From the IMG/VR virus record IMGVR_UViG_3300019458_000045, positions 1 to 50,214 of that record: a stretch of DNA of 50,214 nucleotides; one strand, 5' to 3'. Both the position numbers and the translations under genes were made by a program. Source of the stretch: a virus. Taxonomy: Duplodnaviria > Caudoviricetes. Within the stretch, counting starts at the first letter, position 1, and each line of letters starts with the position of its first letter. Shown here piece by piece: positions 7,772 through 17,066 of this stretch. Below the pieces are notes generated by a model that saw only the letters and a program-made list of their open reading frames with translations, was not told the origin of the DNA and searched no databases.

Positions 7772-8119
7772 ATGAGCAAGCGCGAGTTGGTGGAGGTCCT
7801 GGCGAGGTCGTTCAAGTCGTGGCGCTTGGGTGCCGCCAAGCGGGTGGTCAGTGGGGTCCTCAAGTGGGGGATTCCCCGCAACCTCGGTGAGTGGATCGGC
7901 TTGAACGTCAAGAGACGTATGTCCGGTTGACCCATCATGTACGCCGCTGGCTGGACGCCGGTTCAGGACTCCAATGACTTCCCTGACGACATTGACCGTT
8001 ACCGCTATAGCTGGGATGGGTGGGGGAACCGCGCTGGCCTGCCTGGAGGAACTACGGCCAAGGACGTGCTGACCGCCGCACGGCGGGCCGTTCGCCGGTT
8101 GAAGGAGAAGAGGAGCTGA
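7772..8119 (+). CDS. putative selenoprotein A2 (115 aa, in-frame TGA at 7928-7930, codon 53)
   Basis: GGGAGG RBS. Reads ...RRMSG*PIMYAAG...LPGGTTAKDVLTAARRAVRRLK; paralog of 6568..6918. Confidence 0.8.
7928..7966 (+). promoter_or_regulatory. putative bacterial SECIS element 2
   Basis: UGA, then 16 nt, then CUGGC-UGGAC-GCCGG (7947-7961; one U-G pair). Confidence 0.7.
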
Positions 8120-8122
8120 CCA

Positions 8123-8584
8123 ATGGCCATCGAGGAAAAGAACTGGCTTCCGTGGGACAGGTACTTCCCGGACCAGGAACTCACGGACGCGGAGAAGGAC
8201 GCCGGGTATGTTAACCTGAATACCCTGGGGTTTTCCGTCGGCCTGCTTGCGTTGTCTCACCTTGCCGATATGGCCCGGGCACAGGAGAGCGGCGGGGGCG
8301 TGGAGTCTGGCGGCATACTGACCGGGTACTCCACGGCCGGACTCATGGAGGCCATGGTGCGCTACGGATCGACCGCGGTCGAGCGCACCCTGGGCCGGGA
8401 TGAAGCCATCCGCTGGTGGAAAATGTGCGTGTTCGACAAGTTGGTCCGCGTTTTGGGTGAAAAGTACCCGGAGGTGGCCAGTCTTCATGTCTGGAAAGAC
8501 AAATCTCCTGGCGGACCCGGCGTGTCGGAAGTGCCCGCTCCACAAGACGGCGGGGACGGTTTGCATCCCAAGCCGGGGAGATAA
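8123..8584 (+). CDS. hypothetical protein
   Basis: AGGAG RBS, 153 aa; overlaps the polymerase start. Confidence 0.55.
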   Translation: MAIEEKNWLPWDRYFPDQELTDAEKDAGYVNLNTLGFSVGLLALSHLADMARAQESGGGVESGGILTGYSTAGLMEAMVRYGSTAVERTLGRDEAIRWWKMCVFDKLVRVLGEKYPEVASLHVWKDKSPGGPGVSEVPAPQDGGDGLHPKPGR

Positions 8585-10892
8585 GCGCCCCCGCATCCTG
8601 TTCGTCGGCCAGGCCCCGGGGGCGCTCGAGGACGAGACGGGCAAGTGCTTCGTCGGTCCGGCCGGACAGTTGCTCACCCGGGCCATCCGCAAGTACGTCA
8701 CCGTCCCGTACCGCCTGACGAACGCCGTCAAGTGCTTCCCTCCCGGGGACCGCAAGCCCAAGGCGGTGGAGCTGGGGTCGTGCCGGTCCTACCTGGACGC
8801 CGAGGTCCTGCACTACCGGCCGGACATCATCGTGGCCGTCGGGGACGTGCCCCTTCGTCACCTTACCGGCAAGACCGGGATCACGTCCTGGTCTGGCCGC
8901 GTGGCCGGTACCCTCAAGTTCGAGTCGGGGGACACCGAGTCGGGCGTGCCCCCCTACGAGCCCCGGGTGTTCGCGCTGATCCATCCCGCCTTCGTGCTCC
9001 GGGCCCCCGGCAACCTACCCAAGTTCGAGGCCGGGATGCGGGAACTGAACAGGCTGGCCGTGGGCGGGCCAAGCGGCAACCAAGCGCCGGTCTCCGAGGT
9101 GGACCAGGAAGGCTTCTGCAACTTCTTCCTGGCTGCCGGACACGCCGGGAAAATCATCGCCTTCGACTACGAGACGAACGGACATCCGTGGTGGTCCGGC
9201 GGCAAGCTGCGGTGCGTGTCCCTGTCGGATGGGACGTCCGCCGTCTGGATGGACGTGGAAAAGCACGGCAAGGCCGCGCTCCAAGCCCTGTTGCTGTTCC
9301 TGGACAGCCTGTTCCCAAAGGCCGCCCACAACATTTCGTTCGAGACCAACTGGTCCCGGGCGTTGTTCAGCCGGGAGCCCCGGCGTCTCAAGTGGGATAC
9401 GATGCTCCTCCACTACCTGTGGAACGAAAACTCCCACCACAACCTGGAATCGGTGGCCGGGGAGGTGTTGGGCGCGTCCCCCTGGGACATCCACCTGGAA
9501 ATGAAGGGCCGCAAGTGGACGTGGGATACGGTCCCCATGGAGGTCTTAGGTCCGTACAACGCCATGGACTCCTACTGGACGGCGAGGCTTGCGGGCGTCC
9601 TGCCTGAGAGGCTGTCTCCCAACCACTTGAAACTGTACAGGCGGCACATCATCAAGCAGGCCCGGGTATGCGCCCGCATGGAGTGGAACGGAATCCGCCT
9701 GGACCCCACCTGGGCCGAATGTGCGGACAAGTACCATGAGAAGGCGATGTCGGCCATCGAGTCCGAGATCCGCGCCCATCCCAAGGTCACGGCCGTTCAG
9801 AAGAAACTGAAAGACGTCACGTTCAACCTGCGATCCGCCTACCACATGAGGGCGCTGGTGTACGATCACCTGCGGATGCCCGTGTTCGAGCGCACCCCCG
9901 GGGGCTTGCCGTCCACGGCCGAGGAGGTACTGGACCGCCTCAAGGGCCGGTCCCCGCTTCTCGGCCGCATCATGGCGTGGCGGGAGACCGAGACCGTGCG
10001 CCGCAGGTACTTGCAGAAGTTCCCCGCCTACGCGCATACGGACGGCATCGTGCGCCCCGGGTACAACCCGGCCCGGATCGTCCCCGGCCGGATCGCCGTG
10101 ACGGACCCGCCGATGCAGACTCTCCCCACGTCCGCCGTCGTCCGGGGCATGGTCGTCTCGCGGTGGACCGGCGGCAAGATCCTGTCCGCCGACTACAAGC
10201 AGCTTGAGATCCGGCTGGTGGCCAACGAGTCCGGCGACGGCAAGTTGATCCGTTCCATAGCGGTTGGGGAGGACCAGCACGACAAGACCGCAAGTGAAAT
10301 CTTCGGTGGCAAGTTCACCAAGGATGATCGGCTGATCGCCAAGCGCATCAACTTCGGCATCGTCTACGGAATATCGCCATACAGCCTGGCCGCCCAGTTC
10401 AACATGACGGTGGACCGGGCCGAGGACATCTTCCGCCGGTTCCGAAAGGCCCGTCCGATGATTTTCCAGTGGATGGCCCGACAGCACGCCTTCATCGAGA
10501 AGCACGGATACATCAAGTCCCGGTTCGGCCGCAAGCGTCGGCTCCCTGAGATCCGCCACGCGGACGAGAAGCTGAAGGCCCGAATCTTCCGCCAGGCCGG
10601 GAACTTCCCCATCCAGTCCGCCGGGGCGGACATCACCAACCTGGCCATGATCCTGGTGGACCGGGAGCTGCGCAGGAGAAAGCTGAAGTCCCTGCTCGTC
10701 CTGCAAGTCCACGACTCCCTGCTGGTGGACCTGCACCCGGACGAGGTTAACGTGGTGCCCGATCTCGTCGTTAACCTTATGACCAAACAAGTTCAACGGC
10801 TCTGTCCCTGGATGCGCGTGAAGCTGGAAGTGGACGTGTCCGTGGAGGACCGATGGGGAGGCGCGACGAATGTGGGCGAGGCGGCTGCTTGA
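8487..10892 (+). CDS. polA: family A DNA polymerase with N-terminal family-4 uracil-DNA glycosylase-like domain and 3'-5' exonuclease
   Basis: UDG4: CRKCPL, VGQAPG, FVGPAGQLL, TNAVKC, HPAFVLR. Exo: AFDYET, AHNISFE, YNAMD. Pol motifs: A SADYKQLEIR, B RLIAKRINFGIVYG, C QVHDS. Confidence 0.95.
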   Translation: MSGKTNLLADPACRKCPLHKTAGTVCIPSRGDKRPRILFVGQAPGALEDETGKCFVGPAGQLLTRAIRKYVTVPYRLTNAVKCFPPGDRKPKAVELGSCRSYLDAEVLHYRPDIIVAVGDVPLRHLTGKTGITSWSGRVAGTLKFESGDTESGVPPYEPRVFALIHPAFVLRAPGNLPKFEAGMRELNRLAVGGPSGNQAPVSEVDQEGFCNFFLAAGHAGKIIAFDYETNGHPWWSGGKLRCVSLSDGTSAVWMDVEKHGKAALQALLLFLDSLFPKAAHNISFETNWSRALFSREPRRLKWDTMLLHYLWNENSHHNLESVAGEVLGASPWDIHLEMKGRKWTWDTVPMEVLGPYNAMDSYWTARLAGVLPERLSPNHLKLYRRHIIKQARVCARMEWNGIRLDPTWAECADKYHEKAMSAIESEIRAHPKVTAVQKKLKDVTFNLRSAYHMRALVYDHLRMPVFERTPGGLPSTAEEVLDRLKGRSPLLGRIMAWRETETVRRRYLQKFPAYAHTDGIVRPGYNPARIVPGRIAVTDPPMQTLPTSAVVRGMVVSRWTGGKILSADYKQLEIRLVANESGDGKLIRSIAVGEDQHDKTASEIFGGKFTKDDRLIAKRINFGIVYGISPYSLAAQFNMTVDRAEDIFRRFRKARPMIFQWMARQHAFIEKHGYIKSRFGRKRRLPEIRHADEKLKARIFRQAGNFPIQSAGADITNLAMILVDRELRRRKLKSLLVLQVHDSLLVDLHPDEVNVVPDLVVNLMTKQVQRLCPWMRVKLEVDVSVEDRWGGATNVGEAAA

Positions 10893-11070
10893 CGCGGAGG
10901 CGTTCCCCATCGACATCGAGGGCCGGGACAAGGAACCGGCCAGGTGCCGGTGGTGCAAGAAGCAGCAGTACGGGTTCGTCCGGCTGTTCCTCGTGACACA
11001 CTTGATGAGGGCCGAATACGTGGAGTGTACAAGATGTCGTCAGCGGTTGGGCAAGGAGGTCGTCGAGTGA
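10870..11070 (+). CDS. small Zn-finger protein
   Basis: CRWC...CTRC; GGAGG upstream. Confidence 0.5.
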   Translation: MWARRLLDAEAFPIDIEGRDKEPARCRWCKKQQYGFVRLFLVTHLMRAEYVECTRCRQRLGKEVVE

Positions 11071-11279
11071 GGATCAAGTATTCCGTAGGGCGCACCGTGA
11101 ACATCGGGAATTTCGAGTCGCTGAGGTTCGATGTCGGCGCGGAACGCACGCCGGACGCGGGCCAGGACCCGCTGGATGTCTACGACGAACTCAAGCGGTG
11201 GTGTGATACCAGGATGGACGTGTTGACGGCTCCGTTTGACGGCGGGGCCAAGAAGAACAGAAAGAAAGGAGCGAAGTGA
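11067..11279 (+). CDS. conserved phage protein (TVNIGNFES motif)
   Basis: AAGGAGG RBS and GTGA overlap. This motif is commonly seen next to phage SSB genes. Confidence 0.65.
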   Translation: MRIKYSVGRTVNIGNFESLRFDVGAERTPDAGQDPLDVYDELKRWCDTRMDVLTAPFDGGAKKNRKKGAK

Positions 11280-11953
11280 TGGGACTGGACCTGGACAAGA
11301 TCCGCAAGCGTCAGGCCGACGACCGCGCCCGCCGGGGCGGACGGTTCAAGCTGGCCGACGGCAAGAACCGCATCCGCATCCTCAAGTTCAAGCACAAGGT
11401 CACCAAGGAGGACGTGGCGGCCAAGCTGTACGAGAAGGGCGAACTGGGGACCGTGGTCGAGGAGATCGACCGCCCTATCAGCATCCACTGGACCGGCAAG
11501 AACAACTCCCCGGTCCTGTCCACGCCGAAGCTGGTGGCCGAGTACGAGAAGTACGCCCAGTCCGGCAAGGCCAAGGACCTGGCGTACGCCAACAAGATCG
11601 GCCCCCGGTCGGTGTCGCTGGTGAACCTCGTGGACACGAACGAGCGCCCGTACCGCGTCCGACAGACCATGCTGCCCAAGTCCGTCATCGACGACGTGTG
11701 GGCGAAGGTGCTTGATGAGGACTACGGCGAGGGCGTCCTCGGTGTCAGGGGCCGGGACTTCACGGTAGTCAAGAACCCCAAGGCCAAGGCCCCCAAGGAC
11801 TACTACAAGACGGACGTCCGGGACAAGGACGCCTGCGCGGCCCTGCCCGCCAAACTGGAGAAGGACGTCGCGGACCTGTACCGTCAGGACGTCCTGGTCA
11901 AGGTGGGGCTGGTCCCCAAGGACGGGGGCGACGACTCCGGGGAGGAGGAGTAG
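11276..11953 (+). CDS. single-stranded DNA-binding protein (gp32-like)
   Basis: 'RFKLADGKNRIRIL', 'GRDFTVVK', acidic tail (DDSGEEE), replication context. Confidence 0.7.
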   Translation: MMGLDLDKIRKRQADDRARRGGRFKLADGKNRIRILKFKHKVTKEDVAAKLYEKGELGTVVEEIDRPISIHWTGKNNSPVLSTPKLVAEYEKYAQSGKAKDLAYANKIGPRSVSLVNLVDTNERPYRVRQTMLPKSVIDDVWAKVLDEDYGEGVLGVRGRDFTVVKNPKAKAPKDYYKTDVRDKDACAALPAKLEKDVADLYRQDVLVKVGLVPKDGGDDSGEEE

Positions 11954-11954
11954 C

Positions 11955-12263
11955 ATGGACAAACTGCACGCCCTCGGGGATCAGGTCATCATCGAGCCGG
12001 ACGCCGGGGAGAAGGAGTCCCCCGGCGGCATCCTGATCCCGGAGTCGGCACAGAAGCGCGGCGGCAAGCCGCTGCGGGGCCGTATCGTGGCCGTGGGGCC
12101 GGGCAAGCGCCACACGGACGGCAGGGTGTACCCAGTGTCCGTACGGGTGGGGTGGTCGGTCATCTACTCCAAGTACGATGGCTACGAGTTCACCCACGAG
12201 CGCAAGGACTACAAGGTCGTGCCGGAGTCGGGGGTCCTGGTGGTCGTCGAAGAGACCAGGTGA
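11955..12263 (+). CDS. groES: co-chaperonin GroES
   Basis: 'LHALGDQVII', 'SPGGILIPESAQ', 'GRIVAVGPGK', 'VRVGWSVIYSKYDG'. Confidence 0.92.
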   Translation: MDKLHALGDQVIIEPDAGEKESPGGILIPESAQKRGGKPLRGRIVAVGPGKRHTDGRVYPVSVRVGWSVIYSKYDGYEFTHERKDYKVVPESGVLVVVEETR

Positions 12264-12334
12264 TGTCCGCCGGGCCGGGCTACTGCTGGCGGCCACGCCG
12301 CCCCGTAGCCCGGCCCACTTCCAGGAGGTGGCCC

Positions 12335-12457
12335 GTGAACGACGAGCAAGCCCGGATGGCCCGGTTCATCATCTACGCCTTCATTCTCGGGTTCGGCGTC
12401 CTGTTCATGACGCTGTTCCTGCACGCGGCGTACCGGACGCTGATGTTGTATACGTGA
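12335..12457 (+). CDS. small single-TM protein
   Basis: AGGAGGTG RBS before GTG; hydrophobic stretch FIIYAFILGFGVLFMTLFL. Confidence 0.55.
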   Translation: MNDEQARMARFIIYAFILGFGVLFMTLFLHAAYRTLMLYT

Positions 12458-12465
12458 GGTGAACC

Positions 12466-12723
12466 ATGCCCTACATCAAGCCGCAGGATCGCACGGAGGG
12501 AGCGCGTCTGCACCCCTGCAACATTGGTGCGCTGAACTACGCCATTACCACGCTGATCGACGACTACCTTTCCTCCAAGGGCCTGCAGTACAGCGAGGTG
12601 AACGCCGTCATCGGGGCCCTGGAGTGCGCCAAGCTGGAACTTTACCGCAGGGTCGCGGCTCCCTACGAGGACCACAAGATCTATGAAAACGGCGACGTCT
12701 ATTCGCCTGGAAACCTCGTATGA
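12466..12723 (+). CDS. DUF6899-like conserved phage protein
   Basis: 'MPYI', 'GALNYAIT', '[28 protein letters not shown]'. Confidence 0.75.
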   Translation: MPYIKPQDRTEGARLHPCNIGALNYAITTLIDDYLSSKGLQYSEVNAVIGALECAKLELYRRVAAPYEDHKIYENGDVYSPGNLV

Positions 12724-13999
12724 CTTCGACGTTCCCTTCCAGCGCAACCTACTGGCGGCGGCCTGGAACGACCGGGACTTCCTCGCCAAGGCCGAGGAGT
12801 GCCTGCGGCCCGACTACTTCACGGACGAGGTGCTGGCGGGAGTAGCCCGCGCCCTGCTCCACCTGTGGTCGGCCCACCGGACGCTGCCGGACCTGCCCGC
12901 CGTCCTTGAGCGGGTCCGCGAGGAGGTCGCCCCCGGCCGCAAGTACGGCGAGTATGAGAAGGAAGTCAAGCGCGTATGGAGCCAGCGTGGAACCAACACC
13001 GAATACTACCGCGAGCGGGCCGTTGAGTTCGCCAGACGACAGGCTGTCGCGGATGCTGTACTCGCTGCTGACGGCCTCATGGCTGACGGGAAACTTGACT
13101 CGATTGAGCCTCTCCTTCGCCGGGCTCTCGCCACCGGGGGTGGGCTCGCTGGCCAGTCGTACAATCACCTTGAGGAAGCTGATGCCCGGCTTGCGCTGTA
13201 CGTTCAGCGCGACGGCGCACGATCCCGAGACGAACGGCGAGTACCTTGCGGAATTGGTCCTATTGATGCCGCCACGCAGGGCGGCCTCGGAAAGGGGGAA
13301 CTCGGATGCGTCGTAGGGCTGGCCGGAAAGGGCAAGACTACGTGTCTTATCAACCACGGGGCGAACGTCCTGATGGGGGGTCGGAACGTCCTGCACGTCA
13401 CCCTGGAGAACTCCCTGGAGGTGACGGCGGCGCGGTACGACGCCCGGCTGTTCGGCCGGTCGATGGCCAGGATCAAGAAGTTCCCGGCCAAGTTCCAGAA
13501 GCACATGGCGAAGCTGCGGGAGGATTTGACTTCCCGGCTGCTGATACGCTACTACCCGACTGGGATGCTTACGGCTTCGACCTTGGAGGTGGAGATTGAG
13601 CGGGCTTCACCTAGGCCGGACGTGGTGTTCGTGGACTATGCGGCCCTCATGCGAACAGCGGGTGCTGCTGGAGGTCGTGATGGGCTGCGGTTCGAACTGG
13701 CTGATACGTTTCGGGATCTACGCCGGGTCAGCGGCATTACGTCTGCACCTATATGGACGGCACATCAGGCGAACCGCCCGGGGGTGGGCGCTGAAAAGCT
13801 CGGTATGGTACATCTGTCCGAGTGTTTCGAGATTGCTGGCATCGTTGATGTGGGCCTTTCGATAAACTGGGACGACGACAAGCCCGCCGAGGTGTCGATG
13901 TATGTCTGGAAGAACCGGCTGGGTAAGGGCGATTTCGAGGTTCCCTGTTCTGTCAACTGGGAGACCAGCATCATTTCCTCTTACAGCGACGAGGTGTAG
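12683..13999 (+). CDS. DnaB-like replicative helicase
   Basis: Walker A GLAGKGKT, 'LHVTLEN', 'VFVDYA', 'WTAHQANR', 'KNRLG'. Confidence 0.92.
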   Translation: MKTATSIRLETSYDFDVPFQRNLLAAAWNDRDFLAKAEECLRPDYFTDEVLAGVARALLHLWSAHRTLPDLPAVLERVREEVAPGRKYGEYEKEVKRVWSQRGTNTEYYRERAVEFARRQAVADAVLAADGLMADGKLDSIEPLLRRALATGGGLAGQSYNHLEEADARLALYVQRDGARSRDERRVPCGIGPIDAATQGGLGKGELGCVVGLAGKGKTTCLINHGANVLMGGRNVLHVTLENSLEVTAARYDARLFGRSMARIKKFPAKFQKHMAKLREDLTSRLLIRYYPTGMLTASTLEVEIERASPRPDVVFVDYAALMRTAGAAGGRDGLRFELADTFRDLRRVSGITSAPIWTAHQANRPGVGAEKLGMVHLSECFEIAGIVDVGLSINWDDDKPAEVSMYVWKNRLGKGDFEVPCSVNWETSIISSYSDEV

Positions 14000-14500
14000 A
14001 TGAGCGATCAAGACACTGCTGGGAATTACCAGGAACTCCCCGTGCCTTCCGATTTGCCTCTCCCCCCAGGGGACCCCGTTGACAACCCAATGACTCCACT
14101 GGACCCTTATCTTTTCCGGGACCAATACACCCCAGTGGTAGGAGTCCCCGAGGAGTCCACCGTCGTCATCCGGCACAAGCCGGACGGCGGCTACAAGCTG
14201 GACCAGGACAAGCAGCGGTGGGACTTGCTGCCCATCCGCCCCATGCGGAAGGTCGTGGACGTGTACACCCGGGGCTCCAAGAAGTACGCGGATCGCAACT
14301 GGGAAAACGGCATGAAGTGGAGCCGGGTGTACGGGGCGCTGCTCCGGCACGTCACCGCCTTCTGGAACGGCGAGAGCATCGACGAGGAAGGTGGCCAGCA
14401 CCACTTGGCCAGCGTCGTATTCTCAGCCCTGGCCCTCATGCAGTACGAGGAGGACTTCCCCGACCTGGACGACAGGCCAAGGAAGCCGGGGGTGAAGTGA
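14000..14500 (+). CDS. dATP/dGTP diphosphohydrolase domain protein (DUF5664)
   Basis: 'GYKLDQDKQRWDLLP', 'GSKKYADRNWENG', 'ALLRH', 'GESIDEEGGQHHLA'. Confidence 0.85.
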   Translation: MSDQDTAGNYQELPVPSDLPLPPGDPVDNPMTPLDPYLFRDQYTPVVGVPEESTVVIRHKPDGGYKLDQDKQRWDLLPIRPMRKVVDVYTRGSKKYADRNWENGMKWSRVYGALLRHVTAFWNGESIDEEGGQHHLASVVFSALALMQYEEDFPDLDDRPRKPGVK

Positions 14501-14919
14501 TGGACGAGGCATACAGCCCGCTCAAGGTGTACATCGCCAGCCGGTTCCCCGACCGGGACGACTGTCTGTACCTTAAGGGGCAACTGGAAGCCCGAGGCTA
14601 TCAAGTCACCTCGACGTGGCTCACCCCGGCGGACGGCAACTCCGCGAACATGGCGACCCTGCGCGGCAAGCACGTTGAGTGCCGACAGCGGGCTATCAAG
14701 GACATCGAGGACATCAAGGCGGCCGATGTCGTCGTCCTGATGTCGCCCAAGAAGGCCCACAGGAACGGCACAGGCGGGCGTCACGTCGAGTGCGGCATCT
14801 CCATCGCCCTGGGCAAGCCCATCATCCTCGTTGGGGAGCGGGAGAACGTGTTCCACTATCACCCCCTGGTGCGGGTCGTCGGGGACGAAATGGGCGTATA
14901 CGGGGCGCTAGGAGCTTGA
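14500..14919 (+). CDS. nucleoside 2-deoxyribosyltransferase-like / nucleotide hydrolase
   Basis: 'KVYIAS', 'DIEDIKAADVVV', 'GGRHVECGISIALGKPIILVG'. Confidence 0.75.
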   Translation: MDEAYSPLKVYIASRFPDRDDCLYLKGQLEARGYQVTSTWLTPADGNSANMATLRGKHVECRQRAIKDIEDIKAADVVVLMSPKKAHRNGTGGRHVECGISIALGKPIILVGERENVFHYHPLVRVVGDEMGVYGALGA

Positions 14920-15878
14920 GCCTGTCCCTGCTGTCGGCCCTCACGTCCAAGCTCGGGGAGTACGACTCCAACCCTGTCCGAGACGACGGGGAGTACGAGT
15001 TCGTATGTCCCAGGTGCCCCAAGCAGGACGGCAAGCGCAAGCTGGGGGTCAACGTCTCCCGCAAGGTGTTCAACTGCTTCCGGTGCGGGTGGCGCGGGCG
15101 GCTGGTCGATCTCTTGCGGGCCCTGGGTATCAACCCGCTTTCCCTCGGCCCCGACCTGGGCATACGCCCGGTGGCCGCCTCGGACACCTACGGCCCGAAG
15201 GTGCGGCCGGACCAGATTCCCGGCTATACCCCTCTGCCGGAGCCGGACCAGCCCATGAGCCGGATAGAGCAGGTGGCGTACGACTACTGCCGGGAGCGCG
15301 GCCTGGACGACGTGGGCGAGGTCACGTCCCTTCGCCTGGGAACGTCCACGGAGAAGGACCTTGCCGGGCGGCTGGTGATCCCGGTGTTCGAGGACGGCCG
15401 CATGGCGGGGTACTTCGCCCGGTCCCTGTTCGACTACCTTGAACCCAAGGACAAGGTTGGGCCGGAGTACCTGGGCTGGGCCCCCAAGGGAGAGTTGGCG
15501 TACGGCCTGGACCTGATGCGGCCCGGCCACGTCCTCGTCCTGGTCGAGGGGTTTTGGGATTGGGTGCGGGTGCGGAAGGTATCGCGGTCCCTGGATTCGT
15601 TGGCGCTGCTTGGGTCCAACCTCGGGCCCGTGGCGGCGGGCAAGATCCTGGCCCGGCGGCCCGGCCGCATCGTCGTCATGCTGGACGGCGACGAGGCTGG
15701 GGAGCGCGGCACCCGCAAGATCGTGTCTGAGCTGCTGGTCCACCGGAAGTTCGCCTCCGTCCACGTCGCCCGTCCCCCAGTGGGCAAGGACCCCGACGAG
15801 TTGACGGCGGGCACGATCCTCGCCCTGGTGAACGAGGCCATACCCGCCGTCAACTGGCTTATCAAGCACGGGCGGTAG
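14916..15878 (+). CDS. DNA primase (Zn finger + TOPRIM)
   Basis: CPRC...FNCFRCG, 'RLVIPV', 'LVEGFWD', 'LDGDEAG', 'KDPDE'. The TTG start is inferred from the overlap. Confidence 0.9.
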   Translation: MSLSLLSALTSKLGEYDSNPVRDDGEYEFVCPRCPKQDGKRKLGVNVSRKVFNCFRCGWRGRLVDLLRALGINPLSLGPDLGIRPVAASDTYGPKVRPDQIPGYTPLPEPDQPMSRIEQVAYDYCRERGLDDVGEVTSLRLGTSTEKDLAGRLVIPVFEDGRMAGYFARSLFDYLEPKDKVGPEYLGWAPKGELAYGLDLMRPGHVLVLVEGFWDWVRVRKVSRSLDSLALLGSNLGPVAAGKILARRPGRIVVMLDGDEAGERGTRKIVSELLVHRKFASVHVARPPVGKDPDELTAGTILALVNEAIPAVNWLIKHGR

Positions 15879-16164
15879 GTTCGCTGAACAGGTGGGCCGG
15901 GAACCTGAATCGGAAGGGCTTGGTGGGGAAATCCATGCCGACGTCCGTGATAGCCTAGGTTTGGATCTTGACCATACGTTTCGGCCAGGGATAGTTCAGG
16001 AGACCCTCTTCTCCATACACCATTGCGGACTTGACCTGAACACTGTGGCACTTGACTCCTGCGTCCAGCAGGGCTAGGGCCACAGGTCACTGCTCGGTGT
16101 TTCTCAACTGGGACCGTCCCCTCTTCAAGTGATCCTCGGTCACCGGGACGTAACGGTACTTCAT
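15862..16164 (-). CDS. putative selenoprotein B1 (TGA codon 26 at 16089-16087; also in-frame TAG codon 70 at 15957-15955)
   Basis: AAGGAGG RBS. Reads MKYRYVPVTEDHLKRGRSQLRNTEQ*PVALALLDAG...KIQT*AITDVGMDFPTKPFRFRF...; the TGA aligns with Cys in CPVALAI of 23084..23365. Confidence 0.7.
16052..16089 (-). promoter_or_regulatory. putative bacterial SECIS element 3
   Basis: UGA, then 14 nt, then CCUGC-UGGAC-GCAGG (16072-16058), a perfect 5-bp stem, followed by AGUCA which can pair with UGAC. Confidence 0.7.
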
Positions 16165-16178
16165 GGCTGCCTCCTTTC

Positions 16179-16463
16179 CTAGACGGTAGCTCCAACCAAC
16201 CCCTTGCACGTCGTCCTCGTATGCAACTGGGACGATACCGCCCCCCCGCTCACCGGCTGCTGGATTGTCTGCTGACAGTGGAGGCACGTCCAGCCCGTGC
16301 CGCTCCTCCACTCAGCCGGATACCGCAGGTCGGCCGCATCTGACACCCGGGATAGACGATTCGCCTCCCCTGACAAGGATGCCAGCGCCCTCCCGCGCTT
16401 GCGGGCGCGTTCCACCGCCCGGTTCCTTGGGCGGTCCCGTTCGACACGTTTCAAGTAGCTCAT
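16179..16463 (-). CDS. hypothetical protein with CxxC...H...C Zn site
   Basis: GGAGG RBS; 'WTCLHC...HTRTTC'. Confidence 0.55.
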   Translation of the reverse strand: MSYLKRVERDRPRNRAVERARKRGRALASLSGEANRLSRVSDAADLRYPAEWRSGTGWTCLHCQQTIQQPVSGGAVSSQLHTRTTCKGLVGATV

Positions 16464-16471
16464 TAGTCCTC

Positions 16472-17047
<576 letters not shown>

Positions 17048-17066
17048 ATTGGCCTCCTTCAGTACG

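Noticed and set aside
8487-14500. 2-aminoadenine (Z-genome) system suggested by PolA plus DUF5664
   Set aside because: No PurZ/PurA-like or DatZ HD-domain gene was recognised.
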